DNA of 57,677 nucleotides from Candidatus Falkowbacteria bacterium (GTDB taxonomy: Bacteria > Patescibacteriota > Patescibacteriia > Patescibacteriales > UBA12465): assembly GCA_003554785.1 (NCBI GenBank), contig PWHG01000057.1, positions 1 through 57,677 on the forward strand, written 5' to 3'. The notes under the pieces were generated by a model. The model was not told the DNA's origin and searched no databases. It saw only the letters and a list, made by a program, of their open reading frames with translations. Shown piece by piece: positions 1 to 8,521 of the stretch. The stretch's first letter is position 1. The number at the start of each line of letters is the position of its first letter. Position numbers and translations under genes: made by a program.

Positions 1-72
1 TATGACTAAAATTGACACTCAAAATAAGACGGATTTGGATCCCGCTATATCAAATATTCCTGCTAACAATAA

Positions 73-102
73 ACAAAAACAGACCTCTTGGTCTGTCTTT
101 GT
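73..102. terminator. Hairpin terminator downstream of tRNA-Gly(GCC)
   Basis: ACAAAAACAGACC-TCTT-GGTCTGTCTTTGT inverted repeat just past the tRNA 3' end. Confidence 0.6.
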
Positions 103-108
103 CTTGTG

Positions 109-180
109 AGCGGGTAACGGGAATCGAACCCGTCTCTTAACCTTGGCAAGGTCATGTAATAGCCACTATACCATACCCGC
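109..180 (-). tRNA. tRNA-Gly(GCC)
   Basis: GCGGGTA/TACCCGC acceptor stem, U73, loop CT-GCC-AA, GGTTCGATTCC T-arm. Confidence 0.95.
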
Positions 181-190
181 TTATTGCAAG

Positions 191-275
191 TGCCGCGGGG
201 GAGAATCGAACTCCCACGATAAAAAATATCATTGGATTTTAAGTCCAACGCGTCTACCAATTCCGCCACCGCGGC
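191..275 (-). tRNA. tRNA-Leu(TAA)
   Basis: GCCGCGG acceptor, TGGCGGAATTGGTAGACGCG D-arm, loop CT-TAA-AA, long variable arm. Confidence 0.95.
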
Positions 276-287
276 CTTTTACAATTG

Positions 288-665
288 TGGAGATGATGGG
301 AGTTGAACCCATGTCTAATAAGTTCCTCTAAGCACATTTACAAAAATAGTTTAGTTTAAAATATTTCGTCTTAATCATATTAAACTAAACAAAATTGATT
401 AAGACTAGCTTCTTATTTTTCGAAATTAGCAAAGAAGCCTTGCTAATTTCTAAGTCTCAAATATGACACCGCGATCTAGCTCAGAGACAAAGCTAGGACG
501 ATGGTTGTAGCTATTAATTAAGCTGCAACAGGAGCGTAACTTGGAAGTTTCCAAGTAAACGCTTTGCCAGTTTTGGCAGTTATATTTTTAGGTTATTTTT
601 ACGTTTTAACCAAAACACGTTTTGAATGCTCAAATTCAATCTTATTATCGAATCCTGCCATCCCC
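288..665 (-). ncRNA. ssrA: tmRNA; tag ORF 577..518 reads AKTGKAFTWKLPSYAPVAA*
   Basis: GGGGATG/CATCTCC-A acceptor with G3.U70, GGATTCGA near the 5' end, T-arm GGGTTCAACTCCC, ATAACT before the resume codon, tag ends AA-stop, adjacent to smpB. Confidence 0.95.
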
Positions 666-1129
666 TATCTATATATTCTTTTTGTCAAAGTCCTGGTTTG
701 TCTTTCTATTTCCTTTCTCTTTAGGTCTTCTCGTTTGTCGTATTTTTTCTTTCCTTTAGCTAAAGCAAATTCAAGCTTTATCAAACCTCGTTTAGTATAT
801 ATTTTTACTGGTATTAATGTCAAGCCGGTTTGTTGGGTTTTGCCAATTAAATGACTGATTTCATTTTTATTTAGAAGTAGTTTTCTATCTCTTTTGGGAT
901 TATAATCATCAAGTTTTCCAGCAAGACGATATGGTGATATCTGAGCTTTAACTAAATATAGTTCTGATTTGTTGTTATTAGTTTTCCAGGCAATGTAGGC
1001 ACCACTTAGGTTAACTTGGCCATCTTTGACTGCTTTTACTTCATGACCCAGTAACATTAAACCAGCCTCATATTTTTCAAGTAGATGATAATCAAAACTA
1101 GCTCGTTTATTTTTGGCTAGAATCGGCAT
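665..1129 (-). CDS. smpB: SsrA-binding protein
   Basis: NKRASFDY, YEAGLMLLGHEVK, RKLLL, GKKKYDKRE motifs; ATG at 1129 preferred over the ORF-track start at 1156. Confidence 0.97.
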   Translation of the reverse strand: MPILAKNKRASFDYHLLEKYEAGLMLLGHEVKAVKDGQVNLSGAYIAWKTNNNKSELYLVKAQISPYRLAGKLDDYNPKRDRKLLLNKNEISHLIGKTQQTGLTLIPVKIYTKRGLIKLEFALAKGKKKYDKREDLKRKEIERQTRTLTKRIYR

Positions 1130-2408
1130 AATTCCATTCTTTGAGTTTTTTAACAATCTTATCGCTAAGTAGGGCGTGATTTAGGTGTCTTTTATATTCT
1201 AAACTATTGATTTGTTTTTGAGCTTCTTCTTGGCCGGCATAGGTTTTTTTGAGTTCTTCAATTTTATTATCAATTTCCTCGGAACTAACACTAATTTTTT
1301 CTTCTTTGCCGACTTCTTTTAGAATTAATGCGATTTTAATTCTTTTTACCGCATCAGGCATAAAATCTGTAAGCAACTGATCTTCAGTCTTTTTAAGGTG
1401 ACTTAGATAATCTTCAAATTTACCACCTTGAGCTTCTACGTTTTTCTTCATTTCTTCAAGCATTCCCTTGGCTTCATCTTTTACTACTTCTTCCGGAATT
1501 TCGCCAATATCACTTTTTTCAATTAAAGTTTCCATTAACTCTCTTTCTTTTCTCATTGATTCTTTTTTTTCTTTTTCCGCTAATACATTTTTCTTTATAG
1601 CTTCTTTTAACTCAGACATGCTGTTAAATTGTAGAGTTTTAGCAAAATCATCATTAAACTCTGGAACTTCTCTTTGTGTTACTTCTTTTACTTTAACGCT
1701 AAAGTCAACATTTTTTCCTGCTAAGTGTTTTTGGTGGTGGTCTTTTGGATATGTAAGGCTAAATTCTTTTGTTTCATCTTTTTTGGCACCAAGTAGTTTT
1801 TCATCAAAGCCGGGTAGAAAATAGTCTTTGCCTAAAACTACAGTTGTGTCTTTGCTTTCACCACCTTCAACTGGAGCACCGTCAATTGACATAGAGATAT
1901 CAAGAGTTAATTTATCTCCAGTTTCAGCTTGCCCATCTTTGGCTGACTCTTTGGCTTTCATTTCTTTTAATTGCTCTAGAGTTTTTTCAATTTCTTTATC
2001 ATCTACCTCATTTTGCTCATCTTTAATACTTAAGTCTTTATATTGACCTAATTTTACTTTTGGTAGCACGGGCATGGTTACCTTATAGGTAAAATCATTA
2101 TTGGGAGCAAGTTTAACTATTTCTACTTGAGGCTTTCCGGCTAATTGTTCACCTTCTAAATTTTTATCTAAAACTTCATCAATGGTAGCTCTAATTGCAA
2201 TGTTGGCGGATTCTTCTAAAATCGCCATTTCTCCAACTTTTTGTTTTAAGACATCGTAGGGAACCTTTCCTGGTCTAAAGCCCTCTACTTTTACATCTTT
2301 AGCAAGTTTTTGTGCTCCTTTTTCTAAATAAGGGTTAAACTCATCAAGACTGAGCGTAACTTCAAATTCAATTTGTGATTTTTCTAATTCTTTTTTGTTT
2401 GTTTGCAT
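1107..2408 (-). CDS. tig: Trigger factor
   Basis: GFRPGKVP ribosome-binding signature, FKBP domain, 433 aa. Confidence 0.97.
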   Translation of the reverse strand: MQTNKKELEKSQIEFEVTLSLDEFNPYLEKGAQKLAKDVKVEGFRPGKVPYDVLKQKVGEMAILEESANIAIRATIDEVLDKNLEGEQLAGKPQVEIVKLAPNNDFTYKVTMPVLPKVKLGQYKDLSIKDEQNEVDDKEIEKTLEQLKEMKAKESAKDGQAETGDKLTLDISMSIDGAPVEGGESKDTTVVLGKDYFLPGFDEKLLGAKKDETKEFSLTYPKDHHQKHLAGKNVDFSVKVKEVTQREVPEFNDDFAKTLQFNSMSELKEAIKKNVLAEKEKKESMRKERELMETLIEKSDIGEIPEEVVKDEAKGMLEEMKKNVEAQGGKFEDYLSHLKKTEDQLLTDFMPDAVKRIKIALILKEVGKEEKISVSSEEIDNKIEELKKTYAGQEEAQKQINSLEYKRHLNHALLSDKIVKKLKEWNYADSSQK

Positions 2409-2471
2409 AATATATTTTATTTATTAATAATTTTGTTATTTCATTCTAACAGATAGATTTTAAATATCAAA

Positions 2472-3401
2472 TTAATTAAAAACATCTTTTATTTTTGGTG
2501 CCACTTGTTTTTTTCTGGAGATAACTCCTTTTATATAACAGGACTTATCTACAAAATTTACACCAAAAGCTTGATCTATTTTATTTTTATCATCACTAGC
2601 AATTAAAAACCAAGAGCCCTCATTAAGTATGTCGGTGATAAATAAAATAACACTGTGATAATTTTCTTTTTCTTTGATGTTCTCTAAAGCATCAAGAAGT
2701 TCACTTTTTCTCTTTTTAAAACTAGATAAATCTACAGTTTCTACTTGACCAATACCCACATTTTCCTGTTTAAAATTAAAATCCTTAAAGTCACTTTTAA
2801 TAATTTCTTTAGCTTTTAATTTTTCTACTGAAGAACGTATTTTAAATAATTGAGTTCCATAATTTTGCCAATCATCAACTCCTGCTAAATTAGCTAAATC
2901 TTTTATAATTTCTACATCTAGTTTTGTACAAGTAGGAGATTTAGTAATCACCGTGTCAACTAAAACTGCTGATAACATAGCAAGAGCTATTTTTTCTTCA
3001 ATTACTATTGAATGTTTTTTAAACTCTTGATAAATCAAAGAACATGATGCTCCCAGTGGTGCAGTTTTGAAATTTATTGGATAACTATACTGAAAATCTA
3101 TTTTATGATGATCTATTACTTCAACAATCTCAGCTTGTTCAATTCCAGCAACTGCTTGGGAGAACTCATTATGATCAACCATAATTACTTTTTTATCACT
3201 TAAATCTTGTAATAATACGGGAATAGAAAAATTAACTTGTTTTAAAACATGCTTAGTTTCTTCATTTAGATTTCCCGCTATAGCTGGTTGATAAATATCA
3301 GTATTTTCTAACTTATTTTTAAAATAAGAATAAGAGATGGCTCCAATAACACTATCTAAGTCCGGTGATTTATGACCAACTATATAAATTTTATTAGACA
3401 T
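2472..3401 (-). CDS. ppaC: Mn-dependent (family II) inorganic pyrophosphatase
   Basis: GHKSPDLDS, VDHNE, DHH, SPTCT and C-terminal SRKKQ motifs. Confidence 0.93.
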   Translation of the reverse strand: MSNKIYIVGHKSPDLDSVIGAISYSYFKNKLENTDIYQPAIAGNLNEETKHVLKQVNFSIPVLLQDLSDKKVIMVDHNEFSQAVAGIEQAEIVEVIDHHKIDFQYSYPINFKTAPLGASCSLIYQEFKKHSIVIEEKIALAMLSAVLVDTVITKSPTCTKLDVEIIKDLANLAGVDDWQNYGTQLFKIRSSVEKLKAKEIIKSDFKDFNFKQENVGIGQVETVDLSSFKKRKSELLDALENIKEKENYHSVILFITDILNEGSWFLIASDDKNKIDQAFGVNFVDKSCYIKGVISRKKQVAPKIKDVFN

Positions 3402-3404
3402 ATT

Positions 3405-4697
3405 TTATTTCTCATTATCTTTTTTTTCTTCATTGTCTTCTTCTGTTTCTTTAGTTTCTTCAATTTTTTTAGCATCTATATTTCCTTCACTGTCGGCCAC
3501 CTTTTTTTCTCCTTCAGTTCCAGCTTCAATAATATCTATTTTCCAGCCAGTTAATCTAGCCGCTAATCTCACATTTTGACCATTTTTACCAATCGCTAAA
3601 GACAACTTATCTGAACTAACTTTCACTTTAGCTTTTTCCTCTTTTTCATTTATTTCCAGATCAATTATATTAGCCGGAGCTAAAGAGTTGGAAATATAGA
3701 CAGCTGAATCATCACTGTATTCTATAATATCAATTTTTTCTCCCCCTAATTCGTTGATGATAGTTTGGATTCTAGCACCTTTTTGACCCACACAAGAACC
3801 AACTGGATCAACGTTTTCATCTTCAGTGTAAATAGCTACCTTTGAGCGAGACCCAGCCTCACGTGCTACTCCTTTTATTTCTATTAAACCATTGGAAATT
3901 TCTGGTATTTCTAAATAAAAAACTTTTTTAAGTATTTCCTCTGAGCGACGTGAAAGAATTACTTCTGGCCCTTTACCGCCCTCACGAACTTCTTTAATAA
4001 ACACCTTAATCCTTTCGCCAACACGATAATTTTCATTATAAACTTGTTCTTCAATCGGTAAAATACCAATGGCTTTTCCTAAATCAATAAACACTAAACG
4101 ACCTTCACGACGTTGGACTACACCACTAACAACTTCACTTTCTTTTTCTTTAAATTCACTTAATATTAAGTCTCTTTCCATTTCTCGAAGCTTTTGAATT
4201 ATTACTTGTTTAGCAGTTTGAGCTGCCATTCGTCCATAGCCTTCTGGAATTGGAAGTTCAGTGTATATTTCATCTCCAATTTTGGCATCATGTTTTAAGA
4301 TCTGAGCCTCTTTTAATTGTATATCAATTTTAGGATTAAATTTTTTCTCTTTTTCCTCTTCAACTTCTTCTACTTCTTTTTTTTCTTCTAAATCTTTTTC
4401 TGGTTTTTCTTTTTCTTGCTTTTCTTCTTTTTCTTTTTGATTACTTTTAGTGTCATATAATTGACGCCTCATTTCTTCTTCCTCTTCAATTGGCAAATCA
4501 TCAACAACGGTTTTAACGTCATAAATTTCTGTTTTACTGGTTTTAGGATCAAATTTTACTTTTATATTTTGATTTTTTTCACCATAATCTTTGCGATAGG
4601 CAGCTGCTAAAGCTAACTCAATAGTAATAATTACTGAATCATAATCTAAGCTTTTTTCTTCGCAAACTTGTTTTATGGCACTACTTAAATCTGTCAT
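3405..4697 (-). CDS. nusA: Transcription factor NusA
   Basis: GRMAAQTAKQVIIQ, AREAGSRSK, VGQKGARI, LAIGKNGQNVRLA. Confidence 0.97.
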   Translation of the reverse strand: MTDLSSAIKQVCEEKSLDYDSVIITIELALAAAYRKDYGEKNQNIKVKFDPKTSKTEIYDVKTVVDDLPIEEEEEMRRQLYDTKSNQKEKEEKQEKEKPEKDLEEKKEVEEVEEEKEKKFNPKIDIQLKEAQILKHDAKIGDEIYTELPIPEGYGRMAAQTAKQVIIQKLREMERDLILSEFKEKESEVVSGVVQRREGRLVFIDLGKAIGILPIEEQVYNENYRVGERIKVFIKEVREGGKGPEVILSRRSEEILKKVFYLEIPEISNGLIEIKGVAREAGSRSKVAIYTEDENVDPVGSCVGQKGARIQTIINELGGEKIDIIEYSDDSAVYISNSLAPANIIDLEINEKEEKAKVKVSSDKLSLAIGKNGQNVRLAARLTGWKIDIIEAGTEGEKKVADSEGNIDAKKIEETKETEEDNEEKKDNEK

Positions 4698-4725
4698 AAT
4701 TTTATATCTTTATTATTAATTAGAG

Positions 4726-4792
4726 AAAAAGCTAATTGTAATTACAACTAGCTTTCTAAGCAAATAATATCAAAATAATAATTAATTGTCAA
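4726..4792 (-). promoter_or_regulatory. nusA sigma70 promoter followed by a terminator-like leader hairpin
   Basis: TTGACA-17-TATTAT, then AAGCTAGTTGT-AATT-ACAATTAGCTTTTT before the nusA ATG. Confidence 0.65.
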
Positions 4793-4835
4793 AAAAATAA
4801 TCTTAAACATGTTAAATAAATAAAAAACTAATTAT

Positions 4836-5939
4836 TTAATTAAAAGAAGAAATAAATTTTTTAATATTGTCGTTTGATGAATTAATTATTTTTTCTGGAT
4901 CAATATTAAGTGATTTTAATAATTTGATTAATTCTAAGATTCTTTGAACTCCTTTAGCTCTACTAGGGTTTTTAATTTCCTCTGGTGTCGTACTGAAAAA
5001 ATCCTTGTTTTTATAATTTTCTAATTGACCAAGATGGTGAAAATCAAAAGTAATAGAATATTTTAAGTCTTTATATTTTGAAGCTTTTTTAAGAAGACTA
5101 ATATAATATTCCTTCACGGGATTAAAAGAAGAGAGGTTAATTTCAAAGCATTTTCCTTTTTCTTCCATTTTTTTTAACACCTCTTCCCAACTATCCCAAT
5201 ATCTCTTTTTTAATTCATTAAATAAAAGGTTATACTCTTTCATTTTTGGATCTTTAGCTTCAATTTTGCCAATTATTTGTTTAATTTTATCCCAATCTTG
5301 ATTTTCTTCTAATTTTTTTAAAACTGAACCAATTACTTCATCATTTTGATAATATTTTTTAAAATAATTCCAATCATTTTGATAAAATTCTATATGCCTA
5401 TATGGATGCCCGATTACATGAATATTTGGATTATTTATAGCTGAAAATAATGAATCTTTAATTTTCTCTGGCTCAAGCTTATCATCAATTTTATGACGTG
5501 AAGCAATCACTAAATCTATTTGAGATAATATTGAATCAGGAACATCTACAACAGCTTCGCCATTTTCATCAAACATAATGTTAACTTCTACTGCTTGAAA
5601 AGCTTGAGTCTTATATTTTTCAGATTCATTTATTTCATCGACTTCTTGTTTTTGTTTTAATAATGACTGACAAATTGGATGGTTTTCACTTAGCTTTTTG
5701 GGAGAATCAGGATCAGATGAATGTTCAGAAAAAAAGACAAACTCTAAACCAAGTTTCTCTGCATAAGAAAGAAGACGTCTAGAACTATGAACCATTTTCT
5801 CTTTACTTCCATCCTCCTCTAAACGATTACTGTGTAAACTATGAGAATGTGTCTCTCCTTTATAATAAAGCCAAATATCTTCTAACCATTCTTTTTTTTC
5901 TTTTTCTAAATTATTAAAGCTATTTTTTTCAAATTTCAT
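4836..5939 (-). CDS. PHP-domain metal-dependent phosphoesterase
   Basis: HSHS, SEH, EVN, ASRH, GHP, FEIN and DFH motifs in PHP order. Confidence 0.8.
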   Translation of the reverse strand: MKFEKNSFNNLEKEKKEWLEDIWLYYKGETHSHSLHSNRLEEDGSKEKMVHSSRRLLSYAEKLGLEFVFFSEHSSDPDSPKKLSENHPICQSLLKQKQEVDEINESEKYKTQAFQAVEVNIMFDENGEAVVDVPDSILSQIDLVIASRHKIDDKLEPEKIKDSLFSAINNPNIHVIGHPYRHIEFYQNDWNYFKKYYQNDEVIGSVLKKLEENQDWDKIKQIIGKIEAKDPKMKEYNLLFNELKKRYWDSWEEVLKKMEEKGKCFEINLSSFNPVKEYYISLLKKASKYKDLKYSITFDFHHLGQLENYKNKDFFSTTPEEIKNPSRAKGVQRILELIKLLKSLNIDPEKIINSSNDNIKKFISSFN

Positions 5940-6020
5940 ATGAATTTTATTTATTTTGTACCTAATTTAATATTACTATAAATATAGTATTTTTACCAAG
6001 TATTTGTAACTATTTAAATA

Positions 6021-6085
6021 AAAAAGCTAATTGTAATAACAACTAGCTTTCTTAATTAATAAAAAATAATAATTAATTGTCAAAA
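6021..6085. repeat. Imperfect direct repeat of 4726-4794 flanking the PHP gene
   Basis: 32-bp block with one mismatch plus an identical 23-bp block AAAATAATAATTAATTGTCAAAA. Confidence 0.9.
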
Positions 6086-6087
6086 TT

Positions 6088-6531
6088 TTAGAGTGGAAGT
6101 TGTGGGTCAGCATAATGTTGATACCCTTCTACGATTGCTTCTAATCTTCTGAGGATAAAGTAACTAACTCCCCACGAAGTGGCCACTATAACTAAACCAA
6201 TAATTGCGTTTTTAATTCTATCTTTGGCTTTTTTAGTATTTTCCTGATTTCCACCTGAGGTCATCCACTGAAAACCAGATATAATTACTAAAACTAAGAA
6301 AATAATCGATAGAAACATTAAAACTACATTGATTATTCTAACAACAATTATTCTTGGATCTTGTGGTTCACTGTCTCCATAACCTACATCGGTAGCCTGT
6401 TCAAAAACATCCTGCTCTAAGTGGCTCGTTTGAGCATAAACTACAGAAAAACTAGAAAAGACTAAAAATTTAAAAGATAAAATCATTAACAATAACAAGA
6501 AAGCAAAAAAATGCTTTTTAAAATTTTTCAT
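6088..6531 (-). CDS. VirB2/TrbC-like pilin (CPR type)
   Basis: Signal-like N-terminus, two TM helices around GFQWMTSGGNQE..KKAK..I.NAIIGL. Confidence 0.8.
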   Translation of the reverse strand: MKNFKKHFFAFLLLLMILSFKFLVFSSFSVVYAQTSHLEQDVFEQATDVGYGDSEPQDPRIIVVRIINVVLMFLSIIFLVLVIISGFQWMTSGGNQENTKKAKDRIKNAIIGLVIVATSWGVSYFILRRLEAIVEGYQHYADPQLPL

Positions 6532-6592
6532 AAGCTTGAATTTATATTAACCTATTGCTATTATATAAAAACTTTTATAAAAAAACAAGTCA

Positions 6593-7369
6593 ATGTCTTT
6601 AAATAAAAACAATAAAAATATAAATTATAATATCATAGAAGAAACTGATGACTTTTTGGTGGTATATAAATCTCCCGGATTAATTGTTCACGGTGGTCAA
6701 GGAGTAAAAGAGCCTGCTTTATCTGATCTTTTAGTTTCAAGGTATCCAGAAATAAAAAATGTTGGTGAAGACCCAGATAGACCCGGTATTGTACACCGAC
6801 TTGATAAAGAAGTTGGTGGCTTGTTAATTGTGGCTAAAAACAATGAAAGTTTTTTCTTTTTTAAAGATCAATTTAAAAAACGAAAAATTAATAAAGAATA
6901 TAGAGCTTTAGTTTTTGGACAAATTATCAATGATTTTGACACTATTAATTTTCCAATTGCTCGATCAAAGAAAACTGGTAAAATGGCCGCCCTTCCTTTA
7001 TCTTCTAAAAATAAAGAAAAATTAAGCAATCGTGACAAAGGCAATATCAAATCACTTATGGCTTCAAAAGAAGCTCAAACCACCTTTACAGTCCTTAAAA
7101 GATTTGTTAACTATAGTTTACTAAAAATACAAATTAGCACTGGCAGAACTCATCAAATAAGGGTGCATATGGGCGCCTATGGTCATCCAATTGTTGGTGA
7201 TGATGTTTATGGAAACAAAAAATGCCGGGAAAAAAATAAAAAAATAAATCTTGAAAGAGTATTTCTGGAAGCCAACAAGTTATTATTTACTTATCTAGAC
7301 AAAAAAACTTATAGTTACGAATCAGATTTACCAGAAGATTTAGAAAATTTTTTAAATAATTTAAATTAA
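6593..7369 (+). CDS. RluA/RluD-family pseudouridine synthase, no S4 domain
   Basis: GIVHRLDK, TGRTHQIRVHM, GHPIVGDDVYG. Confidence 0.93.
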   Translation: MSLNKNNKNINYNIIEETDDFLVVYKSPGLIVHGGQGVKEPALSDLLVSRYPEIKNVGEDPDRPGIVHRLDKEVGGLLIVAKNNESFFFFKDQFKKRKINKEYRALVFGQIINDFDTINFPIARSKKTGKMAALPLSSKNKEKLSNRDKGNIKSLMASKEAQTTFTVLKRFVNYSLLKIQISTGRTHQIRVHMGAYGHPIVGDDVYGNKKCREKNKKINLERVFLEANKLLFTYLDKKTYSYESDLPEDLENFLNNLN

Positions 7370-7375
7370 ATTATT

Positions 7376-7404
7376 TTGACTTATTAATTTAGCTCTATTA
7401 TAAT
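7376..7404 (+). promoter_or_regulatory. sigma70 promoter of the lipoprotein gene
   Basis: TTGACT-17-TATAAT. Confidence 0.65.
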
Positions 7405-7440
7405 AAAATTAGTTTAAAAATTTATAAATTAAAAAAAAAT

Positions 7441-8439
7441 ATGATGAAAAAATATTTTTCTTTTCTTCTAGTTGCTCTTATGTTAGCAGCTACCCTAGCA
7501 CTTAGTGCCTGTAGCACTAATGATGAAGAAAAAACTTTTACTGAAGGGGAAAAAATAACACCAGAGGAGGCAACAGAAATTGCCGAAAACTTTATAAACG
7601 AACATTTAATGATGGACGAAACTCAAGTTTCAGCTTCATATGAAGGTGTTGCCTATGACATGTATCATTTAAAAATTAATATGGACCAACAAATGCCAGT
7701 TGATTCATTTATAACCAAAGATGGAAAACTATTTTTTCCTCAACATCTAGATATTGATGAAATCAGTGGCAATGAACCAGTAGCTACTGATAATGAAGAA
7801 CAAATGGCTGACGTTGAAGTTCCAAAATCAAGCGAACCAACAGTGGAAATGTTTGTTATGACATACTGTCCATATGGTACCCAAATTCAAAAAGGCATTT
7901 TACCAGTCTTAGAGGTAATTGGTGATGATATTGAATTTAAGCAAATGTATGTTGACTACGCCATGCAAGATAAAAAGGAATTAGATGAAAATCTACTTCA
8001 ATATTGTATTCAAGAACAAAGCACAGATGAGCTAGTTGCCTACCTTGAATGCTTTTTAGCTGAGGAAGATCAATCAGATAATTGCTTTAATCAAGTAGTC
8101 AGTAACCCAGAAACTGTTAGAACTTGTGTAGAAGAAACTGATGAAGAATTTGATGTTACTAAAAACTTTGAAGAAGAAATTGATTGGCGAGGTAACTTTC
8201 CAGGATTTAATGTTCACCAAGAAGAAGTTTCTATGTATGGAGTCGGAGGTTCACCAACTTTGATTATCAATGGTGTTGAAGTACCAGCTGATCGTGATGC
8301 AGCTTCTTTACTATATTCAATTTGTAATGCCTTTGAAGAAAAACCAGAAGGTTGTGATGCTGAGTTACCAGATACTCCTCCATCTCCTGGCTTTGGTTTT
8401 GAAACTAGTGGTGCAAACACAGTGGCTGCTTGCGGATAA
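7441..8439 (+). CDS. Acidic thioredoxin-fold (Dsb-like) lipoprotein
   Basis: Lipobox LSAC, FITKDGKLFFP, MFVMTYCPYG, GVGGSPTLIING. Confidence 0.7.
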   Translation: MMKKYFSFLLVALMLAATLALSACSTNDEEKTFTEGEKITPEEATEIAENFINEHLMMDETQVSASYEGVAYDMYHLKINMDQQMPVDSFITKDGKLFFPQHLDIDEISGNEPVATDNEEQMADVEVPKSSEPTVEMFVMTYCPYGTQIQKGILPVLEVIGDDIEFKQMYVDYAMQDKKELDENLLQYCIQEQSTDELVAYLECFLAEEDQSDNCFNQVVSNPETVRTCVEETDEEFDVTKNFEEEIDWRGNFPGFNVHQEEVSMYGVGGSPTLIINGVEVPADRDAASLLYSICNAFEEKPEGCDAELPDTPPSPGFGFETSGANTVAACG

Positions 8440-8464
8440 TAATTAGACAAAAAGTTAATTTAAC

Positions 8465-8495
8465 AAAAAACCCTGAGAGTTCTCAGGGTTTTTTT
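8465..8495. terminator. Bidirectional intrinsic terminator
   Basis: A6-CCCTGAGA-GT-TCTCAGGG-T7 between convergent genes. Confidence 0.85.
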
Positions 8496-8521
8496 AATTT
8501 AATCTAATATTTTTCAATAAA

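Noticed and set aside
1-109. Open plus-strand frame from 2 to 109 ending at the tRNA-Gly 3' end
   Set aside because: Could be the end of an upstream gene, but it is too short and cut by the window edge to assign.
63-854. ORFs 63-269, 143-331 and 564-854
   Set aside because: Shadows of tRNA-Gly, tRNA-Leu, tmRNA and smpB.
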